Shown one piece after another: positions 39,601-49,479 of a DNA stretch of 64,000 nucleotides. The notes under the pieces are model-generated. The model was not told where the DNA came from and ran no database searches. It saw only the letters and a list, made by a program, of their open reading frames with translations. Position 1 is the first letter of the stretch. Each line of letters begins with the position of its first letter. The DNA comes from Tubiluchus corallicola (lineage: Eukaryota > Animalia > Priapulida), in contig JAQGDQ010000081.1 of NCBI GenBank assembly GCA_030141605.1, forward strand, positions 637,945-701,944, written 5' to 3'. A program made the translations under genes and the position numbers.

Positions 39601-41898
39601 TCTTTGGCATATTTTCTAACTCTGTCCCGTGTTTCTGTTTCAGGAGCTGCATCACTGATATGATATCTGTCAACATACCGACCATCTAGTTTTGGTTTTG
39701 TAGAAGCCTTTTCTGTCAGCTGAGATTGCTTTCGTTTTCCAGCTTTAACCTCTGATGCAAGTGTATGGCTTTTTACGTCAAGTACCCGAGTCTCAGCAAT
39801 TTTCTTCTCAGTTTTTACAGTGACATTTTCATCTTGAACAGACGGAGGTTCTTTTTTCTCAGTTTCTTTAGCCAGCTTATCTAAGGTTACTGCTTCTGGC
39901 TTTGACATCTTTCGCGCATCCTGTGTGGTCATATCTCTTTCCATACGTATTTTTTCTTTAAAACCTGTGGGAATCTTCTTGGGCTCCAGTTCTTTGCTTT
40001 CTGAAACTGTACTCTCAGTTTTTTTAACAGAATCTTCGTCTAGACTAGGTCTGTGACATGGGATAGGTTTGACAGCTTGAATCCGTTTTTTTGAAGTAAC
40101 AGTATGAATAATAGGTCTATCTCGAATGTGGTGCTTATCAGATTTTAAGGAGGCAGTTTCTAATTTTGATTGTTCGTCGCTAATCTTCTTTTGGGCTATT
40201 GTTTGGTCACTCGGTATTTTTGATCCGAGCGAAGTTCTTTTATCCGTATCATATGAGGTGAATGTTTCACCCTTTTCACCAAAACTCCAATACTTATAAT
40301 CAACCCGTTTAAACATTTCTCTCCCAACCGCAACATAATGCCCGCCAGACACTAGCTCCTCTATGCAGTTAATTTCTGTACCATCTGGCAGAGAGAAGAG
40401 TCTCCTAACCGCTCCATCAACTAAACCTATTCTTGGTGTAATTTCTTCGAAAACCTGCTCCAGAGTCTTGACACGTTTTCTCGACAGCAAGATTTTTCTG
40501 GGCTGAGAAAATCTGTCGCCATTCCGATGCACAAACAAATTTATCGGACGATTGCGTATTAGATCCTTGTCAAAACGGCAATACGCGTCGCTATATCGTT
40601 TGCTACGCTGCTGGTACAGTTTTAGCATGTTTCGCCATCGTTCTCGGGCTTTCCTGCGATTTGTTGTTTCTAGATAGTTCATGGGCACGAAGGGTTCTCC
40701 TCCACCGGCCACATATTGCTGATCGCTCTTGATTTTATCGTAGTTATCCAACCTGGTGCCTCCTTTAGGCGTGTAGATGCATCTAACAGCGCGATTTATA
40801 GATGGTCTCAGACCTGATGTCAGTGTGTCCAAAAACGCGATGTGGTTTCTGACATATTTTTTATTAATAACGAAGCGTCGCCCTTCGAAGTAATAGTCGC
40901 CATTGATGTACACCCTTATGCACCTCACATCGGTTTTGTAGTTCAGCATGCTGTTTAGTCTCTAGCCGGGGCTTGAAAGCCGCTTTTGATACAAGAGACC
41001 TTGCGGTTTAGAGCTGCTACGGGCGCCCCCAACATCAGCTCAAAAGACTTAAACAAGCAGGAGGTCAAAGTGCTGTGGTGTTATTGTTATACCGTTTCCC
41101 CTAGCTACAAAAATGCCTAGCTTAAATAATGACGTCATTATTTAAAAAAAGCATTATTAAGCAATTTTCACGAGTTTTAGTTAAAAAAAATCACAGTTTT
41201 CTTCAGAAACTTTGGCTTTACTTTTTATCCATAGTTTCATTCACCATTTCTGATCTTTACTCAGAAATTGAGGTGTTGCTTAGAAATTATGGGTTTTGTA
41301 GCAGACCATTGTCTCACTCAGAAATCCTAGGTTTTGCTAACAAAATCTAAGTTTTACTCAGAAAACTGCAGCCAATAATTTGTAATTATTGGACATTTGA
41401 TTTGCCATACGTGTAGCAGTTTTTCTTAAGAACTCACACAGAATCTGCACTTAATTAATACATACAACAAAGGCAACGTTTTAGTTTGTAAATGAAAACC
41501 AGCATCAAACAAGACCGGCGCATTGAAAAAGTAAACTTAAACACGCGAAATGCTTTTTGATAACTTCAGTCAAACAAGCTATTGTTATAAACTAAGCCGA
41601 TGTACAAAGACGGTAGCTTTGATGCACGAAACACTTTTAACATAAAACTAGAGACAGGATCTTCCTGAAATGGAACTACGGATATATTGATATGGGAAGA
41701 GGATTATTACCTTTCAGTATCGTATGCGGAGATTTTAGTGGGCTGGGAGCTTGTAACAGACTGTCAAAAACATGAACTTTAGAAGCAGACAGATAATAAA
41801 GTAACAAAAACCATAAAAAATGTTTATTTGCAAAGAAACTAAAACCATGCGTGTTGCAACAGTCTGTTTTTGAACTGAAGATAGATAGAGAGAGAGAG

Positions 41899-41959
<61 letters not shown>

Positions 41960-44900
41960 AAGAGATAACCAAAATCTAAATCTAAATGCTGAACTTACGG
42001 AGGTAACAGAAACAGGAAAAATGTGTCTGACTGGAATGTTGGAAAAACATCAATGACATCAGCCACACTAAAAATAAAAAAGTTTATCTTATTATTAAAG
42101 CTGTATGATGCATAGAATTTTTTATGCATTTAAATTAGTTAATGTTCTACTGTTTGATTAATTGTCAAGACAAAAGTTGGCAAAAAAAAGAAATGTGAAA
42201 AAGAAAAAAGTCTGAGTGAGCCTGGGTACGAACTTGGGACCTTTGCAATACAAATAGATTTCTCATCGCCTTGTTATTAGAATTGCTGTTAATTCTAAGG
42301 TCGATTTTTCACATTTCTGGTTTTTCATCCAACTTGGCAAAGTAATAATTATTGTTCATGTATTTTTTTCTATTATTCTACGTATTACTAAAATATTACA
42401 TAACTATTTAATAAGAAAACCTGGAAAAAGTTCAATTTCAGTAAAATCACTTGCAGCATATCGAGACCTTTCTAGGATTTTTCAATTTTTCAACAAAAAT
42501 TATTGTCACGCGCATACCTAAATGCCCATGTCATTAATGGAACCGGAAGCTGTGACATTTTCAAACATTTCTTATTTCCGTAACACCGGATAAGTTCGAT
42601 AAAACGTTGCTAGCGACGCTTATATGAATATCCAATTAAACGAATCCAAAGTTTAAATGTTCCAAAATAATAAAGTTAACCAGAAAATTGTGGGAAACTA
42701 GACAGACTACGAAATGAAATGACAGTTTTACTAGCGGCACAAAAGCGAAATCGAGCTGATGAAAGGGATGATTCGACCGAACCGATAATTTCACGACATA
42801 ATAAACGGGCAAGTTTATAACTTTATTTCCGGTAGACCTTATACGAATGCAAAACTTTTTATACTCGAACTTTGAAAGTACTTCAGAAGGTTGTTATAAA
42901 ACACGAACCTGCGCTGGGCCATGCTACAAGGCTGTCAAGAAAAAAGTTCCTCTAAACTAACTCGCAGCCCTTTATCCCGATAGAGGCACTTGTATACGGG
43001 GCGCGCGTCGTCGCATCGTCATATTTCTCCTCTTTCTCTAGGGGCGATTCACTCCGAGACTCTACTAAGAGTCGTTGGGACGTTTTTGTTATGCGGTGTT
43101 CTTCTAAAAGCGGTAGATAAAAAACCTCCAAAATGGGGTGGGGGTGGAGAAGAACTTTTAGCTCTTTTTAAAGAAGGGAAACCGAAATGTACGATGACGT
43201 GGGTCTCTTTTATAAACGCCTCTGCGAAGAGTTACTTTGCGAGAGCTTTTTGATAACTCTTGTTTGGATAAGTCACATTAATTTCTTAGACAAAAAGAAT
43301 ACAGAAACGGATCTACTTACTACAAAATTGAACTGACAATAACTCCGAGAATAATCAGTAAACTGCAAAAAATAATAAAGATATCAAAATTAACAGATAC
43401 TGTAATTGTAAATATTGTCATACTGAATAATTCAGTAATTGATTAAGTCAATAGTATCAGCAAACTATACGTGAGGAAATGCATATAAATTATACTGCAT
43501 AAAATGTAGCATCAATCAATGTTGCCTATGATTAAACTATAATAAGTATTGATTTTTTTCAAAATGCGTTAAGTATGTGTATATAGCGCAAACCTGAAAA
43601 GCACAATTATGATTATGCCAGCGTATTCTGGGGAAAAACGAAAGGCATACAATTTTTTAGGCAAATTTACAATTTCACAATAATTAATTAGCAAGTCTGC
43701 TTTAAATAAATAATTTTTTTCTAAGCTGTGATTCAAAATCAATGATAAGTTCATTTGAGACCTTTCTCATAATTTAGAACTTAGAATTTTATTTTCACGT
43801 CAGTATACCAGTACCACATACTAAATAGTTATATCATAAAATACAAGTAAATATCCAAATTTACAAATAAATTTACAAATATACACGTCATTTTATAATT
43901 ATCATGAATGAAACCATGATGTTACCAATAGATCAAACGTGTTATATGGATGAAAATTGGTGAAAATAAACTTAATATTTAAGTTATTAAAATGCAACCA
44001 TATTTATGCTGAGCATCATATTAGTTTTTGCGGTGTGTATTTAATGTTCTTTTTGTAAAATGTGCATTTTTAGCGTAAAATGACTGTGACTACAGACATT
44101 AATGTTAAATGAAGTACCTTTATTATATGATTATTATTATCATTATTATTATTATTATCATTCTTCTTCTTCTTCTTCCTCTTCTTCTTCTTGTTATTGT
44201 TATTATTATTGTTATTGTTATTGTTATTGTTATTGTTATTGTTATTGTTATTGTTATTGTTATTGTTATTGTTATTGTTATTGTTATTGTTATTGTTATT
44301 GTTATTGTTATTGTTATTGTTATTGTTATTGTTATTGTTATTGTTATTGTTATTGTTATTGTTATTGTTATTGTTATTGTTATTGTTATTGTTATTGTTA
44401 TTGTTATTGTTATTGTTATTGTTATTGTTATTGTTATTGTTATTGTTATTGTTATTGTTATTGTTATTGTTATTGTTATTGTTATTGTTATTGTTATTGT
44501 TATTGTTATTGTTATTGTTATTGTATTTGTTATTGTTATTGTTATTGTTATTGTTATTGTTATTGTTATTGTTATTGTTATTGTTATTATTATTATTATT
44601 AATTACTGTTTCAGGTAAATAGCACTATGATGCATATTCCTCCGAGAAGCTGAAAAAACATGACTATCTGGGATTTACAAAAACATTAAATACTAATCGA
44701 TGGACACAAAAAAGAACTTGAATTTTTTCTTGACACCTTAATACCTTTTCGCACGAATTTATCAATACATTTACTAACAATACAATCTTACTAATGTCTA
44801 GTTTTTTTATTTTTATGGGTTTGATGACAGTATTAAGCATAAAATGTCTATTAAGACCTTTGTAATTTAGTAAAAATTAGTAATAAGTGCTAAAATACTT

Positions 44901-45853
44901 TTAGTTTATCCTGCTGAACTTATATACATTGGATAAAAATTCTTGGCGGGATAACATTTTAACAAGGCTTGCTTTTTTGTGTCCATCCTGTACAATGAAT
45001 ATAAGTTAAAATTACTTTAATTTACTTAAGTAAATGACCTTTTTCATGCGCAACTCATGTGCTCGAAGTTAATGTCGAATTTTTGCAACTTTCGCGTCAT
45101 ACGTAAAGTATCGAAGCCACGCTTTTAACAAGCAAGCTATCATAATTACGATTATTTTGCTTTTTGCCAGCTGCTCTTTAGTTAGCTGACACTTAAATTG
45201 CTCTTTCCGTATATAATCTCATATGACAAACGCGCGATTAATGAGCGTGAATTATTGCGACAAACAGTTACGAATTTCTCGTTGAATTTTTGCGTCTGTG
45301 AAATTTTGGCGAGCCGTTATAAAATGTGATCAAGTCGCTGGGATAGTTTGTAAGCTGCGCCAAAATAATGTTCAGACGTGGAAATGGTCATTTACGGCTG
45401 CAAAATGACGTATTATTTTTTTATTAGTAGTATTCTTTGTTGCTAAAAATGTTACATACAATGTAAACATAACATTGAAATTATATTTACATACAAAATT
45501 GTATGTAACCAGTTTGCAAAAAACTGATAGACGCAACAGTGTCACTGTTAAAAATGCCTACACACTCAAGCTAACATACACCTAAAACTAATCATTGTAC
45601 GTATATGTAAAAAGTATGTCAGAAAAACCTAAAAATTTCTTCGTAAAATACGAAATCACGTGACGTATACATGTATCAAATTATAGAACACGTGACAGCC
45701 AACAGTATGTTTTTAATCAATAGAGAAAGAATAAACACAGCATGATGTATTAATCTCACAGACGTTTTAAATTTTAGTGTGATTTACAGGAAAACGAAAT
45801 ATCTTACCATGATTCTGGTACATAAGATGAGAGAAAGTCTGCATGGTGAAATC
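17937..45853 (-). CDS. SLC9A-like: SLC9A (NHE) plasma-membrane-type sodium/hydrogen exchanger, 18 exons found, 5'-partial (about 846 aa assembled)
   Basis: Minus-strand exons in order: 45808-45853 (GFHHADFLSSYVPESC), 43321-43362, 41999-42067 (TFFLFLLPP), 35946-36027 (IMLESAYSLHDRAFADNIGTILLYAVV), 33107-33244 (FGSLIAAVDPVA), 30736-30811 (VLAIFQE..FLVFGESLLND), 29542-29724, 28424-28505 (AELFHFSGIIA), 27291-27386, 26590-26711, 25926-26002, 25293-25421 (GYGGLRGAVCFSL), 23373-23465 (GITIKPLV), 22779-22844, 21652-21758, 21039-21116, 19425-19698, 17937-18716 (tail ending ETSV-stop). All introns are GT-AG and all phases chain without a frameshift. Confidence 0.95.
19839..20997 (+). mobile_element. 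5'-truncated RTE-clade non-LTR retrotransposon (reverse transcriptase and C-terminus), intact frame, antisense in an SLC9A intron
   Basis: RT motifs FIDFKKAFDSV, GVKQGCIMSPFLF, LDFADDIAL, LYASETW, RKRGRPKTTW. Stop at 20981-20983 followed by a short TAAGG/CAAGG tail. 8-bp direct repeat TTTATTTA at 19831-19838 and 20998-21005 (TSD). Confidence 0.93.
27751..27780. repeat. Short palindrome (mini-MITE-like)
   Basis: tattgtattcct-tatatg-aggaatacaata, 12-bp perfect stem. Confidence 0.6.
30065..30235. mobile_element. Palindromic MITE-like foldback element
   Basis: Imperfect arms of about 70 bp: ttggaaaacatcccgcaatg...cgtttctgttgcaca / tgtgcaatagaaacg...attgtgggatagttaccaa. Confidence 0.7.
30510..30700 (-). 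mobile_element. Decayed 3' end of an L2/CR1-type LINE ORF2
   Basis: Minus-strand translations YTTSLRLRSS and SAAPRFLNALSGEVKNSQSIAVFKCKVNT resemble the L2 C-terminal pattern (LRSS...AAPRLWNSLP...FK.KLKT). Confidence 0.55.
31590..31830. repeat. Degenerate (CAT/CGT)n trinucleotide region
   Basis: Interrupted catcat/cgtcgt runs. Confidence 0.7.
33595..34030. repeat. (CAT)n microsatellite with a degenerate flank
   Basis: Near-perfect CAT run at about 33612-33750, degenerate to about 34030. Confidence 0.95.
35130..35348. repeat. Degenerate tandem minisatellite with a unit of about 30 bp
   Basis: About 7-8 copies of ttacaagttgtaggactgtaaaactttgtc-like units with no unique spacers. Confidence 0.8.
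37787..37792 (-). terminator. Candidate polyA signal of the nested DCX gene
   Basis: AATAAA on the minus strand about 330 nt past the stop, followed about 35-50 nt later by a GU/U-rich tract (plus-strand acagaacaaaacaaatcaa). Confidence 0.45.
38124..40949 (-). CDS. DCDC2-like: Intronless tandem doublecortin (DCX) domain protein, DCDC2-like, 941 aa, with a long charged low-complexity tail; nested in an SLC9A intron
   Basis: Two DCX-type segments: IRVYINGDYYFEGRRFVIN...AVRCIYTPKGGTRL...YVAGGGEPF and LFVHRNGDRFSQPRKILL...GAVRRLFSLPDG...GGHYVAVGREMFKRVDY. Uninterrupted 2.8-kb ORF with ATG start. Confidence 0.9.
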   Translation of the reverse strand: MLNYKTDVRCIRVYINGDYYFEGRRFVINKKYVRNHIAFLDTLTSGLRPSINRAVRCIYTPKGGTRLDNYDKIKSDQQYVAGGGEPFVPMNYLETTNRRKARERWRNMLKLYQQRSKRYSDAYCRFDKDLIRNRPINLFVHRNGDRFSQPRKILLSRKRVKTLEQVFEEITPRIGLVDGAVRRLFSLPDGTEINCIEELVSGGHYVAVGREMFKRVDYKYWSFGEKGETFTSYDTDKRTSLGSKIPSDQTIAQKKISDEQSKLETASLKSDKHHIRDRPIIHTVTSKKRIQAVKPIPCHRPSLDEDSVKKTESTVSESKELEPKKIPTGFKEKIRMERDMTTQDARKMSKPEAVTLDKLAKETEKKEPPSVQDENVTVKTEKKIAETRVLDVKSHTLASEVKAGKRKQSQLTEKASTKPKLDGRYVDRYHISDAAPETETRDRVRKYAKEARVTETEKVAVYDSKSASAQEHSSVEALDFLAKETLVKVAPTDLVSSVDNARALYNNLYSELYSDTDISGKQKAAEVSTFTAESVDMTEEASGAQMVTESTLDDKTEQSDKPSGISQATKVDASHVEMSTITSKAMTSVPDGKKYVERKAESEDATHSTKPLLIPSECISHDDKAELLSDNVNKILKEDKVDVMSKISEQSERVEDADRDLRPKGATSISSITEQVVTIPASKKAAKVTEVDYDKDESGIFRAKQGHEAVFGAKEIEDSLSIDKAEWINLVDSENDSLDAQRGRQVVLGAPKVPEVSGTIDKTERTDNVMEERDTLMARQGYEPLGKIQKAGKVEEERVVFRAKEGQEIVLGAKEVAELLSEDKPGKDSKVIIKHDLVKVQGHRAKDGITMPEYSDKATITSRTTMSEYRDKATITSRTAMSEPAINGSDKTVEAEPATEDSQETGEDTTEEESADKEVRRRFNWYKYRKRFSSPARFNYE
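41094..41137 (-). promoter_or_regulatory. Candidate RFX X-box-like motif plus CRE palindrome upstream of the DCX gene
   Basis: GTTTCCCCTAGCTAC at 41094-41108 (imperfect X-box) and perfect TGACGTCA at 41130-41137, about 145-190 bp upstream of the ATG. TGACGTCA also occurs at several other places in the window. Confidence 0.35.
41881..41964. repeat. (GA)n microsatellite just inside an SLC9A intron donor
   Basis: Direct observation. Confidence 0.95.
44128..44601. repeat. Compound microsatellite (ATT)n-(CTT)n-(TTGTTA)n
   Basis: About 400 bp of a near-perfect TTGTTA hexamer; it explains the poly-L, (VI)n and (CY)n ORFs. Confidence 0.97.
44699..44991. mobile_element. Mariner-like MITE remnant
   Basis: Inverted termini gatggacacaaaaaag and cttttttgtgtccatcctgta. 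Confidence 0.55.
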
Positions 45854-46085
45854 CTGAAAACGAAAGCAAAAACCAATAATTGCTGAGTTCAAATCATTAG
45901 CAATATAGCAATGTTAAAGATGTATAATATAGAGAACGTGTATTTCTCGGGCTCTATATTGTCTTAAATTAATAATCTAACTTTTACAGATAACATTTAT
46001 ATATATTTATATATTTATTTATTATTATTTACACACGCATATATATATGTTTTACATATATTTATATATTCATTTATAATTATAT

Positions 46086-46113
46086 ACACACACGCACACG
46101 CACACGCACACGC

Positions 46114-46156
<43 letters not shown>

Positions 46157-46167
46157 CACACACGCAC
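46086..46167. repeat. (CA)n/(CACGCA)n microsatellite
   Basis: Direct observation. Confidence 0.95.
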
Positions 46168-49100
46168 ATATATATAAATTTATATGTAAACGTTTTAAAT
46201 ACATACAAAATACGTTGTTGTACTAAAACATGCACAAAAATTCACGGCATTTAGATACAACACTAAAAAATAGTTTTGTCGGTCTTTTAGCTGATGATGT
46301 ACAACAATGTCATCATTTGTTATTAATTAACCGACTATTAACCGAAAATAATTTTAGAAGTGTTCTAGTATACTGCAATCAGAACATCATGATTACTGCA
46401 AACAGTACTGCCGTGTAAAATCAATAAACGTTTAAAACATTATTTCTGTAATGAATTGCAAGAGCTGCGTGTTTCGTTACACTTATTTTCAACTAAGACT
46501 AAAGTAATTTACTAACATGCTTAATTATACTAAATGTCTAATTAATTTTTATTATATAACATTCAGCTGCAGATAATTATTCACGGCATGTGAATAATGG
46601 TTTCATGGCGTGATGTAAACACTGACTTTAGTCACCTTGGAAAATGATGCATTAGAAATTCAATTAATTCCATCATCTAACGCCATAATCATTATGGCTG
46701 TGGAAATCGGCTAGTAACAGATTACCAACATAACTCTTCATAATTTAGCATAACCATTGTGGTTTGGCTTTATTCCTAACTTCCTGACGGTTCTCATAAA
46801 TCTAATACGTTCACAAAGACAGATATATAACGTCCTATCATCCTACGTATCCTACACGTTTTATCCTACACATTGTACCGTTGTAGCTGCATGGACGAAG
46901 TTCTTACGATAGAATCCTCAAGGCAAAAGAAACCGTAGCAGAATACTATTACTACTACTACGATTACTGCTAATGCTGCTGCAACTGTGTTACTGCTACT
47001 GATAATACTTTTACTAAAAAATTCCGTTGCCAATTTGCCACCATAACTACCACTACTACTACTAGCAGCGCTACTAGTCTACGACTGCTAATGCGCAAAA
47101 ATTGTTTCAAAAACATTTTTCAAAAAGTTTCAGTTTTTCGATTTTTTTTACTTAAAGATAAAAATCTGCTGCCCGTTAAGCGAGCGTATCTTATTACTAG
47201 TAAATAAGCCTACAAGTGACGGTGTTCATCTTGTTTACACAAAAATTGCTTTTCCGAATTAGGTTTTGCTGACGACTTTAGGCCCTACTTGCTTTATTCG
47301 TTTTGACTGATAACAATTTCACTTGTGAAATGCAATTTACAAGCGAGTGGCCAGCGCTCTTGGGGAAATTTGTTTGCGAAAATTGAATCAGCATTCGGTC
47401 CAGGGATCAACAAACGTCCTTGAAAAATTGGTTACAAATCTGCTATTTGGGAGCAGCTGGTGAGAACCTTAAAGTTTCCTTTTAAAAGACGGCAGGATGA
47501 TTTTTCATATACTACACCAGTTTCAAGTATAATAAAAAGTAAACGTTTTAACACCAATAATACTAGAAAAGCATTTCTGATAATTAAGTAATAGATTAAA
47601 ATCTTAATTAACGGCTGGCAAGCCCAACTATTGATGACATCACAAACTAACATAATTTTCAACAGCAAAAATATTCCATTAGCGTGTTGTAAGTATTTGC
47701 GAAGGTGAAAACTGAAGTACAGCACTATAGTAAAATGTTCAGTGCGTTGTATTAAATTAGGCAAGTTTTAAGATAAAAATTCAAATTTCAACTTTACCAC
47801 TGTGTTCACACATGAGCTCTTGAACGTATGCGCTGCGTCACAACCGAACGCATCTGAACTGAGAGGTACAGAAGCAGTGCAAACGCGTTTCCGCAATGAA
47901 GGCGCTAGTGCCCATCTAATTAGCGAATGGCGAAAGGCCTGAAACAGCGAAGAACTAGTGGCGCGAACGCGAAATTGCGTTTATGTGGTATTATTCTTTC
48001 ACGTAAGTCATTTTTGAAAAAATAGTGTTTCCTTTCAATATTTGAAAGACAAGATTTTGACCTACAGTTTAAGAGTGGGTCCGGTTTTCCTTTAATAGTG
48101 GTATTATTCAAATAATTCGAAATAAGTTGTATAAGCGAAAAGAGAAAATGTCACGTAGGTTGCCTTTGATGGAACTTATTGTTTTCCTATTGGCAAATGA
48201 AAACTAAAAAGAGCGAGAGAAATATTAGACGAAAAAAGTGGTGACTCGGCTTGAGTTGGCAATTAAGTAAAAACAGCGCTCAGTCTGCCTAGTTAATAGG
48301 TGGGTGATCACAGTGAAAACTTCTTTTGGGCGGTTTCATCTGTAATACTGCCCCGGATAGCTCTCCCTGAAGTTGTGAACGTGGCTAATACACCTTTGCA
48401 AGTCGTTTTAAAAAAAACCCAGTTTCAAACTTTCGATGCTTATATTTTATTACAAAGTGTGTTTGGGTTTTATGGTGACAAACAAATAAAGTCATCAAGT
48501 ATTGCTTAGAATATTTTATTGTTCGTGCACCATAATCACAGCTAATGCCCTTTTGTTACTTCACTTCATATTAGACACGCATTGAGACACCATTTCGCAA
48601 ACTATGCATTTTATCAGGAATATTTATATATAAGTTCCTTTAAATAAACTAATTCATTTCTTATAAAAAAGTCGATTACGTTACAAAATTAACCAGAGAG
48701 TTTCGGTACATCTTTGGCACAAAGAGTGAGTTACACACAAAATTTGTCAACACTGAACTATTATTGTTATATTGTTAGAATAAACTATTTTGGTTATTTG
48801 GTAAACAAAAATCATCCATAGTAATAAAACATAGTGCGTTGTTTATGAAACCTCTGCTAAGCTAGTGAAGTAGGCCTATCCTGAAAAATCATCCCTAATA
48901 GCAAGACAGATGTCGGTCGCGCCACAACATCTGAATTAAGAAGCCCTATTGTTCAGTGCTGAAATATAATTTGTAGAGTGTGTAACTGTACAAAAAGTGT
49001 TACAGCGCAGCCTGGCTTGATTTTAAACTAAGGCTTTTAATCAGTTTAATAACGCAATATATATAAAAGTTTGAACATTTCTTATAAGTCTGCTTAGAGA

Positions 49101-49410
49101 ACCTCCAAAAGCTACAAAGTGCATTTCAGGAGTCTCTCCATTATAAGCAAGGTAATTGTCTGTTTGACGCTGATCTTGTCAGCAAACGAACAAATTTGTG
49201 TTTAATTGACTAGAACCCAGATTTCAATCAACCTTCTATTAGAATTGAAGTTTTTATGTTGCATCAACGTACTGGCTGTTATGCAATATATGCGAGCGTC
49301 TACTTGAGTGTTCGCTTTGACGTCAAACCGCACTCAATTAAGAAATGATAGCTTGTAGCAATCTAACACGTTCGAAGTGATTTTACACAAATCTAAAGAT
49401 GTATTTCATG

Positions 49411-49434
49411 GCGCCAAAACCCGGGATTGAACCA

Positions 49435-49439
<5 letters not shown>
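49411..49439 (-). pseudogene. tRNA-Phe 3'-end fragment (pseudogene or SINE remnant) abutting an (AT)n run
   Basis: Minus strand gtccttggttcaatcccgggttttggcgc matches the eukaryotic tRNA-Phe T-arm and acceptor end GTCCCTGGTTCGATCCCGGGTTTCGGCA; the 5' half is replaced by (TA)n at 49440-49486. Confidence 0.55.

Positions 49440-49479
<40 letters not shown>

Noticed and set aside
40950-41998. In-frame SLC9A-to-DCX splice (CC|gt...aacag|C-ATG would give Pro-Met in frame)
   Set aside because: The AG has no polypyrimidine tract and a frame match has a 1-in-3 chance; unsupported without junction reads.
44102-44622. ORFs encoding poly-Leu, (Val-Ile)n and (Cys-Tyr)n
   Set aside because: Translation of a (TTGTTA)n microsatellite that has no stops in any plus frame; no splice or domain support.
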